IMG/VR virus record: IMGVR_UViG_3300020457_000007
Coordinates: 23,786 to 87,785 of that record
DNA from: a virus
Lineage: Duplodnaviria > Caudoviricetes
Length of the DNA: 64,000 nucleotides
Direction: 5' to 3' (one strand)
The position numbers were made by a program, and so were the translations under genes. Below are positions 47,866-55,738 of this stretch, in pieces. Each line of letters opens with the position of its first letter. Positions within the stretch are counted from its first letter, which is position 1. Under the pieces are notes generated by a model that was not told the DNA's origin, ran no database searches, and was given only the letters and a program-made list of their open reading frames with translations.

Positions 47866-50387
47866 TATACGTAAATATGCAAGAAAGTATGGTCATTTCG
47901 GAGGTGTTGCTTGCCTTCCGTCTGCTTTCTTGTCCTCAATAGGTTATTTAGAGTGACACTTCCGTCTTCATTTTGCGTTTTTCCGTCAAAATGAGCAATT
48001 TCACGTGAATTTTCGTATGTAAAGGAGCTACCAGTCTCCGATTGGAGGAATAAGCGGGTATATGCGGTCGCATTTGACACTTGAGGGGCGGTAAAAGTGA
48101 AATCTACACCAGTAAGTGTCGTATTTGAGGAAGCATCCATCTGAATTGCGGTCTTTGTGTTCACTCGATACACACCAGCAGCTATATTTTGACTTACTTG
48201 GATGAGTGCACCCGCTAAAGTAACCTGTTGTACGTAAATTGTAGGGTCATCAAACCCTTCAATGATCATACCAGCTTGTATATCGTCTATATCAATGTCA
48301 TTTGCTTCCTGATTCGACTCAATATACACCGTATTTACTACTAGTACGTTCGTACCATCCGCAGTACACTGGAATTCTACACCAGGTATACTCCTTTTCA
48401 CACCCCTTATGTCCATTTGACCTAGATCATCTTGCACTCTTACTCCCATAAAGAGTAATGGGTACGCTTCCATATCGATATTGATCATATAACTGCTCCC
48501 TGTAACCACATCAGCTACCGCACTGAGGTCAGGATTGGGTGCAGAGATACTAATCGTTGGGCTTTGTATGTAACCACTACCTCCATTAAGGAGCTTATAA
48601 CCGTATATACGTCCTCCTGTCACCACTGCCTCTGCTGTAGCTACTGTACCACCAGGTAAATCAGGGTCACTAAAGGTAACAGTAGGTGTATTCATATACC
48701 CTAAACCAGGATCTAGTGCTGTAATGGCACTTATTCCTTGTCCAGCATACTCATAGTTGTTCAATTCTAGGTATCCATACTCAGGGAAGTTCGCAATATC
48801 GTAATCGAACAGTGTAATAGTACTATGAGAGGGGTCAACAAACGCTTTTATCTGTGCAATAAGGACATCATCATAAGGATTACCTTGTCTTTCCACTGCT
48901 TCTGCTAGTAAATCCCTATAAGTAGACCAATTTGAGTTGATTTCTAAGTTAATATTGTATGTAAAGGTATCTGTAGTACCTACATTAGTACCTAATAGGT
49001 CAGAACAGTACCATCCACCCACTATAGTGTAAGGAAATTCCTGTCTTCCCATCTGATGAGGGATATATTCAAAGATATTCCACTTAATTCTAGGTCCAGC
49101 AGAGGGTACACCCCTAAAAGAAGAGGTAGACCACTCTTGCATCTTCTCTGTATACCAGTTTTGAGGTACTATCGTCTGTTGATTCGCCTCTATTGCCATA
49201 GCGTGCTCCTCTGCTGCTATAGCCCCATCAACTAGATCATTAAATTCGCAGTTATATGTCCTTACCTCCCTCCAGAACTCAGCACTATTACCTGAAGTAT
49301 TGTTCAGGTTAGCATCCATCTGGTTAACATAGGTTTGTTGGGCACCATCGATGATATAATCTGCTTGGAACTCTAGGTTTACTGGATCTGTAAGTGATTG
49401 TTCTAGTTGTACCCACTGCTGCATATCTGTGACACCCCCACTATCACACATACTCAACATTTGCTTATTATAATTGTCTAGACTCTTCTGCATAGTCTCC
49501 TGTAAACCAGGATGAATATACTCTTGCATTCCTAAGGGTTTACCATTCTCATCTTCTCCTAGTAATGGTACTGCAACGTATATACCTGTATCAGCATTAA
49601 TCGGCCACGTGCTCTCTCTACTACAAGCAGTAGTGGTTTTTCCCCATTCATCCTGTAGTAGTTCTCTATTCTGTTTATTAATTTGTTTGAAGTCACAGGT
49701 ATCAGGACCATCTTCAAACATCTCCATCCATCCCTTTGTCTCGTCGTGCGTCTCGGCAATCGGTCCGCACACGTCCACAAGGGTATCACACTTCGGACTT
49801 AGGTATTTCGTATAGGAAACCTTCTTCGGGTAGGCATAGAACCCAGATAACGTAGCTACAACAGGTTCTGTAGTTACCGTTACCCCTCCGACTAAAGTAC
49901 TACCAGGACTATCGAACCATCCTGCAACACAGTCGGCGGTCACGCCCGATTCAGACCCTGTTACAGTCTCACCTGGAAAGTTACCAGAGGGATTGTCTAA
50001 CTCTATAATATCTAAACCATTAACCTCTCGGAAGTTGTGCCATTCCTTTACAGTGCCAGTAGCACCATTAGGTGCTGTGATCGTCTCACCTACCTTAAAC
50101 TGCCCACTGCTGTTTCGCACTGATATACGACTAGTCGTGCTATCGCATATCCATAACGTAAAATATTGCTCGGTACCAGTAACCCTTATACTAGATGGTG
50201 TCATCGTATCACAACTACCATCATCACCACAAGTGACAGTGTTTAACGTAAAGATATATTCAAAATAATTCTCATCATCATTACCTCCCAACAAATTGTC
50301 ATCAGGATCCTGTCCAGTCGCATCATAGGTAAAGTTACTACCATATGGACTAGTAATGGATAAACCTGCTTGAAAATTACACGTCAA
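47865..50387 (-). CDS. Virion structural protein (840 aa)
   Basis: FKVGETIT...GATGTV module and PGLGY..TPTVTF...ATA.A...GG.I.....NGGSGY...PT repeats shared with gp7/gp8. Confidence 0.7.
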   Translation of the reverse strand: MTCNFQAGLSITSPYGSNFTYDATGQDPDDNLLGGNDDENYFEYIFTLNTVTCGDDGSCDTMTPSSIRVTGTEQYFTLWICDSTTSRISVRNSSGQFKVGETITAPNGATGTVKEWHNFREVNGLDIIELDNPSGNFPGETVTGSESGVTADCVAGWFDSPGSTLVGGVTVTTEPVVATLSGFYAYPKKVSYTKYLSPKCDTLVDVCGPIAETHDETKGWMEMFEDGPDTCDFKQINKQNRELLQDEWGKTTTACSRESTWPINADTGIYVAVPLLGEDENGKPLGMQEYIHPGLQETMQKSLDNYNKQMLSMCDSGGVTDMQQWVQLEQSLTDPVNLEFQADYIIDGAQQTYVNQMDANLNNTSGNSAEFWREVRTYNCEFNDLVDGAIAAEEHAMAIEANQQTIVPQNWYTEKMQEWSTSSFRGVPSAGPRIKWNIFEYIPHQMGRQEFPYTIVGGWYCSDLLGTNVGTTDTFTYNINLEINSNWSTYRDLLAEAVERQGNPYDDVLIAQIKAFVDPSHSTITLFDYDIANFPEYGYLELNNYEYAGQGISAITALDPGLGYMNTPTVTFSDPDLPGGTVATAEAVVTGGRIYGYKLLNGGSGYIQSPTISISAPNPDLSAVADVVTGSSYMINIDMEAYPLLFMGVRVQDDLGQMDIRGVKRSIPGVEFQCTADGTNVLVVNTVYIESNQEANDIDIDDIQAGMIIEGFDDPTIYVQQVTLAGALIQVSQNIAAGVYRVNTKTAIQMDASSNTTLTGVDFTFTAPQVSNATAYTRLFLQSETGSSFTYENSREIAHFDGKTQNEDGSVTLNNLLRTRKQTEGKQHLRNDHTFLHIYV

Positions 50388-50646
50388 GTTCTATTCTTAG
50401 CTCTATTGTATTTAACCTATTTTCAAGGTCATCTAAGTACTCAGCAAGTTGTAAGTGCTTCGTATGTCCTGGTGGGCGGTACATAATCTTTGCAATAGGT
50501 CTTGCTTTGAGTGCATCCACTTCCTTCTGTAACTTATCGATCTTATCTTCGAGGATCTTATTGTCTGAGCGAATTACAGTTTCATTGACTACACTCTCCA
50601 TCCATTTGGTATTATCCTCTTGGGGTGATTTTTTCGACTCTGGCAT
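50377..50646 (-). CDS. Hypothetical protein
   Basis: 89-aa ORF; MYRPPG..H....EYLD pattern, coiled coil. Confidence 0.65.
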   Translation of the reverse strand: MPESKKSPQEDNTKWMESVVNETVIRSDNKILEDKIDKLQKEVDALKARPIAKIMYRPPGHTKHLQLAEYLDDLENRLNTIELRIELDV

Positions 50647-50827
50647 CAGGGTTACTTAGTTTAAGGTTATCGAGTTCTTTCTCAGCAGTAGACGTGGAAC
50701 GGAACTTATGAGCGTCCTCGACGGTGCTTGTCCAGATACTGTCTTTTCTCCAGTATATCACACCCGAAGATAATTTGCTACCCTCGTGTACACGGGATAC
50801 AGTCCAAAAAGGTTTCTTGTTAGCCAT
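50612..50827 (-). CDS. Hypothetical protein
   Basis: 71-aa ORF downstream of a late-promoter-like GATAAATA. Confidence 0.6.
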   Translation of the reverse strand: MANKKPFWTVSRVHEGSKLSSGVIYWRKDSIWTSTVEDAHKFRSTSTAEKELDNLKLSNPDARVEKITPRG

Positions 50828-50923
50828 AATAGAAAATTTTCTAAGAAGAGAAATTTTTTCTCAAAAAAATATTTATCTCGCTAGATCGGTTCGTTATAGA
50901 TTAGCATTGCCGAATTCTCATAT

Positions 50924-50957
50924 AAAAATCCCCCCTAGGTTAACTGTCCTAGAGGGG
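50924..50957 (-). terminator. Terminator at the end of the early cluster
   Basis: Minus strand CCCCTCTAGG-loop-CCTAGGGGGG followed by ATTTTT. Confidence 0.7.
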
Positions 50958-50965
50958 TGCTGTCC

Positions 50966-51103
50966 TTAGTAGAGTTTGATCTCTGCCTTGACTCCGATCT
51001 TGATAAACTCCTCAATCATTTGGACGGCGAGTGCATAGGTTGAGAAACTCATATACCTGCACTTCTGGTCTTGGGGTGTCCAGAATCTAATTGAAGTGTT
51101 CAT
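50966..51103 (-). CDS. Small early hypothetical protein (45 aa)
   Basis: Manual: MNTSIRFWTPQDQKCRYMSFSTYALAVQMIEEFIKIGVKAEIKLY. Confidence 0.6.
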   Translation of the reverse strand: MNTSIRFWTPQDQKCRYMSFSTYALAVQMIEEFIKIGVKAEIKLY

Positions 51104-51248
51104 AAGCAATGATTGGTAGTTTGGATAGTAGGACTGGTTCGGGTTTGGGTCTGAATATCATCAGACCTCTGGCGATCTTATCAAAATAGATGTAAGAGTG
51201 GTCCTCCCACTTCTTATAAGATCCCCAACGCTTGTCTTTAAAAGTCAT
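51087..51248 (-). CDS. Small early hypothetical protein (53 aa)
   Basis: Manual: MTFKDKRWGSYKKWEDHSYIYFDKIARGLMIFRPKPEPVLLSKLPIIAYEHFN; ATGA coupling to the upstream ORF. Confidence 0.5.
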   Translation of the reverse strand: MTFKDKRWGSYKKWEDHSYIYFDKIARGLMIFRPKPEPVLLSKLPIIAYEHFN

Positions 51249-51379
51249 TGGCAATAGCTAGGGTCGATTTGACAAATCTGATCCATCTTGTCTTGTTGGA
51301 TCTGATCAACTGAATTGATTAGGTTGGTGCCAATGACGGCACCAAATGCTAATACTCCGAGGACTAATACGATTCTCAT
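51245..51379 (-). CDS. Small membrane protein (44 aa)
   Basis: Manual: MRIVLVLGVLAFGAVIGTNLINSVDQIQQDKMDQICQIDPSYCQ; ATGA coupling at both ends. Confidence 0.6.
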   Translation of the reverse strand: MRIVLVLGVLAFGAVIGTNLINSVDQIQQDKMDQICQIDPSYCQ

Positions 51380-51636
51380 TGCCAAACTCCGTTGTGAGAA
51401 TCTGCCCAACCGTTAGCGTAATACTCATCACGCTCACGATTTCTTAGAACTGGATCTCCGAGGTCGTCCATCACATCTTGTAAGAAATTGACGGGTGAGA
51501 CTTCACGGGTGTGGGGTTGCACAGTTGCATCCCTCATTGTTTCGATTTCCATCTGACGTAGGATGGATTTCATAGCAGCAACGACAACGGGGTCTTTGCG
51601 TGCTGCTTCGTTTGTGATGAAGATGTTTTTGTTCAT
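51376..51636 (-). CDS. Early hypothetical protein (probably leaderless)
   Basis: ATG (MNKNIF) 6 nt downstream of TATAAT; the longer ORF start lies inside the promoter. Confidence 0.65.
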   Translation of the reverse strand: MNKNIFITNEAARKDPVVVAAMKSILRQMEIETMRDATVQPHTREVSPVNFLQDVMDDLGDPVLRNRERDEYYANGWADSHNGVWQ

Positions 51637-51642
51637 ACTTAA

Positions 51643-51698
51643 ATTATAAACCCCCACTCATAAGAATGGGGGTGTATAGTGACAGTTCTTAAACTGTC
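51643..51698 (-). promoter_or_regulatory. Early promoter: palindrome + hairpin + TATAAT
   Basis: Minus strand GACAGTT-TAAG-AACTGTCAC, CCCCCA..TGGGGG hairpin, TATAAT. Confidence 0.8.
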
Positions 51699-51849
51699 TT
51701 AGCTGTTGTGTGATTGGTCTCTACTGTGAAATAATACTTGATGTAAGGATCATTGCAAAGTAGGTCGTAAGTCTCTTGAGTCATTTGTGATGAAATAGAA
51801 CGAGTTTGCGATTGAATGGTTTTAGAAAGAGGTTTGCGATTCGGATCAT

Positions 51850-51987
51850 TCACAGAACCTCTTTCATAAGTTGAGCAATTACCTTTTCATCTTCTGGCAC
51901 GTCGGCAAGATAGATTTCAAGATTCTCATCTGATCCGAGAGAGTCTCGGATCAAATCATCAACTGCGTTTGTGTCGAATTCGTTCAC
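51850..51987 (-). CDS. Small acidic protein (45 aa)
   Basis: Manual, GTG start: MNEFDTNAVDDLIRDSLGSDENLEIYLADVPEDEKVIAQLMKEVL. Confidence 0.5.
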   Translation of the reverse strand: MNEFDTNAVDDLIRDSLGSDENLEIYLADVPEDEKVIAQLMKEVL

Positions 51988-52295
51988 TTAATTAACTCCA
52001 TAGGAACATTGGGTGTGCAAACTAAACCAACCGAGTCTTGACGGAATGCCTTAGCATATGCCTTGCCGATTGATCTAAGAACTGATTCAAGATTTGATTG
52101 GTCAGACTCTGCTGCCATTATAACGAGGATTTTGCAATCTTCACGGGTGCCTTTCCAAAGACCAACACCGTCAATAATGGTTGCATAGTCAAGATGTGGT
52201 GCAATCTCGGTGCGGATAAAATCATCAAACATTGCGTCAGTGACTGTACCAGCATCGGGGATGTCCAGTCCCATCATCAGTTCAAGTCGGATCAT
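51984..52295 (-). CDS. DUF3574-like protein; possible SAM lyase
   Basis: G.D.P..G.VTD..F..F...I.P....TI.DG.G.WKG..E..K.L...I..AY...F.QDSV pattern. Confidence 0.6.
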   Translation of the reverse strand: MIRLELMMGLDIPDAGTVTDAMFDDFIRTEIAPHLDYATIIDGVGLWKGTREDCKILVIMAAESDQSNLESVLRSIGKAYAKAFRQDSVGLVCTPNVPMELIK

Positions 52296-52321
52296 AAAAG
52301 AGTTGTTTGCTTTACTCTTTT

Positions 52322-52379
52322 ATTATAACCACTCAATAGCGTGATGGGATGCGTGAGTAGTCAGTTTGTGGACTGGCAC
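52322..52379 (-). promoter_or_regulatory. Early promoter (palindrome + TATAAT)
   Basis: Minus strand GTGCCAGTC-CACA-AACTGAC at the conserved distance from TATAAT. Confidence 0.7.
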
Positions 52380-52650
52380 TAGCTGTCACTTTGGGTACGT
52401 CATCCCGTCCTACAATGAAACAGTCGGGTGGATTCGTACCATAACAAGACCCTATAATATCATCTGCGGTTTCTGGGTCTTCCATTTCATTTATATGTTC
52501 TATGAGTTCGTGCTCAGTCATTTTCTCATAGTAGTCTGTTAGACTATCCCAGACATATTGTTCTAGATCTTTGTTGTCCATCCGATCAAGAACGATGTCT
52601 GTATAGTTCTCGACTAGTGCATCAAATGTGCAGTCGTTCGCTTCGGGCAT
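52333..52650 (-). CDS. Acidic early hypothetical protein
   Basis: Start placed at MPEAND; strongly D/E-rich. Confidence 0.65.
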   Translation of the reverse strand: MPEANDCTFDALVENYTDIVLDRMDNKDLEQYVWDSLTDYYEKMTEHELIEHINEMEDPETADDIIGSCYGTNPPDCFIVGRDDVPKVTASASPQTDYSRIPSRY

Positions 52651-52688
52651 AATAACAGTAAAGAAGTGAATAAAAAAGAGGATAGTGC

Positions 52689-52829
52689 TCACTGGCACTT
52701 ATCCTCGAATCTTTGATAGACCATTTTGTCTATCTGTTCTTGAGACATAAAGAGTAGATCAGTTCTAAACTCTTCGAGGATCTCACAGTAGCAATCCTCT
52801 AAAATGTCTTCGTGGTGTAATACGCTCAT
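52689..52829 (-). CDS. Small acidic protein (46 aa)
   Basis: Manual: MSVLHHEDILEDCYCEILEEFRTDLLFMSQEQIDKMVYQRFEDKCQ. Confidence 0.6.
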   Translation of the reverse strand: MSVLHHEDILEDCYCEILEEFRTDLLFMSQEQIDKMVYQRFEDKCQ

Positions 52830-53014
52830 AGTCCGTTTAAATACTCGTGAAGTTCGTTGATGTAATCATCATAACTCGAATCAGGGTGTCTTTTCAAGTA
52901 CCATTGTGGCACTTCCTTAACTGGTTCGGGTTTGGGTTTATCTGTCTTGAGATCGTACCCGTTCGCTCTGATGAATGAAGCATAGAAATGCTGAGGATAG
53001 AGATCGCCGTACAT
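52826..53014 (-). CDS. Early hypothetical protein
   Basis: 62-aa ORF coupled to both neighbours. Confidence 0.6.
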   Translation of the reverse strand: MYGDLYPQHFYASFIRANGYDLKTDKPKPEPVKEVPQWYLKRHPDSSYDDYINELHEYLNGL

Positions 53015-53175
53015 CAGTTGTAATCAAAGGGTGATGGTTCAAAAACTCTGTCACAGAGTTCGTCGAATGCCTCTTCATCAATGTGATCAGGGCAACCGAG
53101 GTCACGGAGCATTACGAGTGCGTCAACCAATGCGGTTTCAGTTGCCTCGGTGAGTGGTAGATTTCTGTGTGTCAT
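53014..53175 (-). CDS. Small acidic protein (probably leaderless)
   Basis: ATG (MTHRNL) 6 nt downstream of TATAAT. Confidence 0.6.
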   Translation of the reverse strand: MTHRNLPLTEATETALVDALVMLRDLGCPDHIDEEAFDELCDRVFEPSPFDYN

Positions 53176-53181
53176 ATACAA

Positions 53182-53238
53182 ATTATAAGACCCCATCCGT
53201 CAGAATGGGGTCAGTGTGTGCCAGTTCTTGAACTGGTT
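53182..53238 (-). promoter_or_regulatory. Early promoter (palindrome + hairpin + TATAAT)
   Basis: Minus strand CCAGTT-CAAG-AACTGGCAC, GACCCCAT..ATGGGGTC, TATAAT. Confidence 0.8.
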
Positions 53239-53250
53239 GGCAGCCTGAAT

Positions 53251-53430
53251 TTATGCGAACAGTGGACGCATATACTCTTTGAACTGCTCACGCTTGTAAT
53301 CTGCTAGGACTCTGAGTTCATCCTCTGGTAGGATGTACCCGTCACGCTTCATCTCATCGTAGCACGCTTGACTGATTCCCTTGTCGGTGATATCGTACTC
53401 GTGAAGTTGAACGTGCTTGAAAAATGACAT
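53251..53430 (-). CDS. Early hypothetical protein (59 aa)
   Basis: Manual: MSFFKHVQLHEYDITDKGISQACYDEMKRDGYILPEDELRVLADYKREQFKEYMRPLFA; AAGGT RBS. Confidence 0.65.
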   Translation of the reverse strand: MSFFKHVQLHEYDITDKGISQACYDEMKRDGYILPEDELRVLADYKREQFKEYMRPLFA

Positions 53431-53454
53431 AGATTACCTTGAAAGAATATTGGT

Positions 53455-53590
53455 GTGGAGTCTTCAAAACTGTCTTTTCAGATGAAGTGCTCATCAGCAG
53501 TACAAGAGGTCTCCAAACATAAAGAGCAGTTGTCCACAGCGTGATCAAAGATCATCTGAATTGTTGCTCACCCCTGCCTTGCGTCTCCAC
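53455..53590 (-). ncRNA. Candidate structured RNA or 5' leader
   Basis: Nested stems GUGGAG/CUCCAC, CAAGGC/GUUUUG, UUCAGAUGA/UCAUCUGAA, UGCUC/GAGCA starting at the predicted TSS; no credible ORF. Confidence 0.5.
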
Positions 53591-53596
53591 ATATTC

Positions 53597-53654
53597 ATTA
53601 TAACAATAAAAAACCCCCTGAGTAGGGGGTGGGTGACAGTTTAGCCAATGGCAC
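53597..53654 (-). promoter_or_regulatory. Early promoter fused with a terminator-like hairpin
   Basis: Minus strand GTGCCATTG-GCTA-AACTGTCAC, ACCCCCT-ACTC-AGGGGGT-TTTTT-ATTGT-TATAAT. Confidence 0.75.
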
Positions 53655-53832
53655 ATCCACCAGCATCTAACTCTCGGATCGTGTTAACATCCCACTCGGA
53701 GACGTACTCGTCTATGACATCAAATGAATTAATGTCTGCACGTGCCTTCTCGATTGCCTGATCCTCGGACTCAGCATCTACTTCTATTGTGAAGTAGTTA
53801 ATCTCGGCACACTCGATTAGAAATGATTTCAT
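53641..53832 (-). CDS. DpnD/PcfM-like small protein
   Basis: MKSF.I...E.....IEV.AESE..A..KA pattern. Confidence 0.5.
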   Translation of the reverse strand: MKSFLIECAEINYFTIEVDAESEDQAIEKARADINSFDVIDEYVSEWDVNTIRELDAGGCAIG

Positions 53833-54287
53833 TGTCCTAGGTATCCAGCAACCATCATTCCAGGTTCGTCATAGAACCACGTGACATCAACATCAGGAAA
53901 TAGTTGACGCAATGCGTAGAATATTCCTTCGGGTGGTGACCACGCAGTTTCAAACTCACATTCAAATGAGTTGCCGTCCCAATGATCACATTCTACTGCA
54001 CCCACTTCCCACTTAGTACCCCAGTTCTGGATATTCCAATCGTACCAACGATCATCATTCGTACCATCTGGAAAGTCATAAGTGCGATAAAATACTTCGC
54101 CAGTCTTAGGAGATTTCATCTCTCTTAATACTGGGAGTTCACCTTTGTCATTTGGTGTAGTCTTCCAATCGGGTGACGGAACTATTGAGTTGAATGGTTC
54201 GTCAGATTGAAATATATTGAGTAGTTTCTCTAATGCTGATGTATCCTCAGAATAGAAAGAAACTCTGTTTTGACACCAATTTGGCAT
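53829..54287 (-). CDS. DUF1281/YubB-like ferredoxin-fold protein
   Basis: MPNWC.N, WYDW...NWGTKW, F.TAWSPP, FP......YDEPG motifs; AAGGAG RBS. Confidence 0.8.
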   Translation of the reverse strand: MPNWCQNRVSFYSEDTSALEKLLNIFQSDEPFNSIVPSPDWKTTPNDKGELPVLREMKSPKTGEVFYRTYDFPDGTNDDRWYDWNIQNWGTKWEVGAVECDHWDGNSFECEFETAWSPPEGIFYALRQLFPDVDVTWFYDEPGMMVAGYLGQ

Positions 54288-54311
54288 AGATTCTCCTTTG
54301 TGGACATATCC

Positions 54312-54368
54312 ATTATAGCAAATCCAATACCAATGTCAGATCAAATCAGACACTTGTTCAACTGTCAC
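54312..54368 (-). promoter_or_regulatory. Early promoter (palindrome + TATAAT)
   Basis: Minus strand GTGACAGTT-GAAC-AAGTGTC ... TGCTATAAT. Confidence 0.75.
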
Positions 54369-54554
54369 CTTCTCACTCCCCGATGGGGCTGTGGTGTTGT
54401 AGTATAATACTATATCCTCTACTGTCTTACTTCCAAACTCATTGTATAGATTATCTAATACCTTTTGATAGTCTATTCCAGGTGTACTCTCTACTAGTTT
54501 AGCCATCCTGGTAGCTACCAATTTCTTAACTAAGTCTTTTTTAGTGTGAGTCAT
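54336..54554 (-). CDS. Hypothetical protein
   Basis: 72-aa ORF. Confidence 0.55.
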   Translation of the reverse strand: MTHTKKDLVKKLVATRMAKLVESTPGIDYQKVLDNLYNEFGSKTVEDIVLYYNTTAPSGSEKVTVEQVSDLI

Positions 54555-54627
54555 TGAATGTTTGAGAACTCTACAGCAAACCCTATTAAATAAAAGTATT
54601 TAATTGAAAGACTTATTAGAAAATGAT

Positions 54628-54813
54628 TTAACTTAAATCCTCAAAAAAGACAGAATTTACCTTTTCAGGATTTTCAATTTCTAGTAAGTCTTCCCAATCC
54701 CACAGGGTTGGGTCGTCTTCCAATGTCAGGTCTAAGGTAATTCTAAAACGTTTAGATTCAGTAGGTGCCACCTCGATGTGTGGTATACTGATGAAATTCC
54801 TTAGACCTGACAT
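54628..54813 (-). CDS. Acidic hypothetical protein
   Basis: RFRITLDL...DDP..WDWEDLLEI pattern. Confidence 0.6.
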   Translation of the reverse strand: MSGLRNFISIPHIEVAPTESKRFRITLDLTLEDDPTLWDWEDLLEIENPEKVNSVFFEDLS

Positions 54814-54839
54814 ATAAAAGAAACCAATGCTGATAATAT

Positions 54840-55157
54840 TTAGGCGAACTCTTGCCAGTTGCCTAAGTACTCAACATCTCCCTGGGGTGTGCTCACGAAC
54901 CAATCAAACTGCCTTTGGAATAAACCGTAGCCAAGCACATCACGTAAGATCTCATTTAAGATTTGCTTAGTGGTGTTGGTCCAGTACCCACAGTTGTTGA
55001 TTGAAACGTTGGACCTGCCACTTGCAATTGTTGCGATGTGGTGCCCGTGGAATCTTACCTCTACTCCGTCGTCAGTGTGTGTTACTGATCTGTTACCCTT
55101 GGCAAATGATGTGCCGTACTGGATTGCAGATAGGAGTTGAGCATCAATCTTTCTCAT
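54840..55157 (-). CDS. Conserved cyanophage early protein
   Basis: MRKID.Q...AI, V..HG..IA.I, G..T.TTK..LN, G.FQ..F.WF pattern. Confidence 0.7.
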   Translation of the reverse strand: MRKIDAQLLSAIQYGTSFAKGNRSVTHTDDGVEVRFHGHHIATIASGRSNVSINNCGYWTNTTKQILNEILRDVLGYGLFQRQFDWFVSTPQGDVEYLGNWQEFA

Positions 55158-55689
55158 ATGGAATTGGTAGGTCTGGTGGTGTTGACTCTTCTATTATAGT
55201 CCCTCCAGCATCGATGTCGAACGTGTTTGTGCCACTTTGTGAACTGGTTTCCACTGGCTGTGAAAAATTGATATCATCCTCACCCAGGACCACGGCACCT
55301 TCGGGCATTGTGCTACCTTGGAAAGCGTCCCAACCCCTATTGAGCATATGCTCGTTTTGCTCTAGTCTAGATTCAACCTTCAGATTACCAGACTGGATAC
55401 GTTCGTTAATAAACTTACCAATAGATGCATCTTCCCTCTCTATAGTGGTACTTACATCTTCTACCAGCTCCTCCTCTTCATTTCTGTCTTGCTCAGCCTC
55501 TAATCTACCACTGAGTTCCATAAATGATGATTGAAATTCCTCTAAATCTTCACATTTGTAAGAATATTGGACATTTAGGTTAGATTTGTATGTAATTTTA
55601 ACATAATTATGGTCAAAATCTAACTCCAAATACTCAATTGCAGAGGATGGAACTTCTGAGTAACCTACTAAACTGGTTAATTCGGGCAT
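55144..55689 (-). CDS. Acidic protein with a KTSC-like N-terminal domain
   Basis: SSAI..L..D......ITY.S....Y.Y...S.GKFIN pattern. Confidence 0.55.
   Translation of the reverse strand: MPELTSLVGYSEVPSSAIEYLELDFDHNYVKITYKSNLNVQYSYKCEDLEEFQSSFMELSGRLEAEQDRNEEEELVEDVSTTIEREDASIGKFINERIQSGNLKVESRLEQNEHMLNRGWDAFQGSTMPEGAVVLGEDDINFSQPVETSSQSGTNTFDIDAGGTIIEESTPPDLPIPYEKD
55193..55248 (-). promoter_or_regulatory. Early promoter (palindrome + TATAAT) inside the 3' end of the upstream CDS
   Basis: Minus strand CCAGTT-CACA-AAGTGGCAC at the conserved distance from TATAAT. Confidence 0.7.
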
Positions 55690-55709
55690 TTTAGTAATTA
55701 TTTAATTCT

Positions 55710-55738
55710 ATTATAACTTATTATTCTTAAAAAGTCAA
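55710..55738 (-). promoter_or_regulatory. Sigma70-type promoter
   Basis: TTGACT-N17-TATAAT. Confidence 0.75.

Noticed and set aside
50-50268. Many + strand and nested ORFs of 60-144 aa in the structural region
   Set aside because: They are antisense or off-frame shadows of long, well-supported minus-strand genes, without RBS or recognisable motifs.
53470-53500. Hammerhead-like CUGAUGA...GAAA on the minus strand
   Set aside because: No stem II can form between CUGAUGA and GAAA, and those bases are used in the 9-bp and 5-bp stems of the larger fold.
53354-53548. 64-aa track ORF
   Set aside because: It overlaps a better 59-aa ORF (53251-53430, with RBS) and the structured RNA candidate.
54585-54604. 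ATTAAATA-AAAG-TATTTAAT inverted repeat
   Set aside because: Pure A/T stem in an AT-rich spacer; could be chance or a late-promoter variant, with no other support.
55001-55534. 177-aa + strand ORF (also 62496-62969 and 57022-57204)
   Set aside because: Antisense to better-supported genes.
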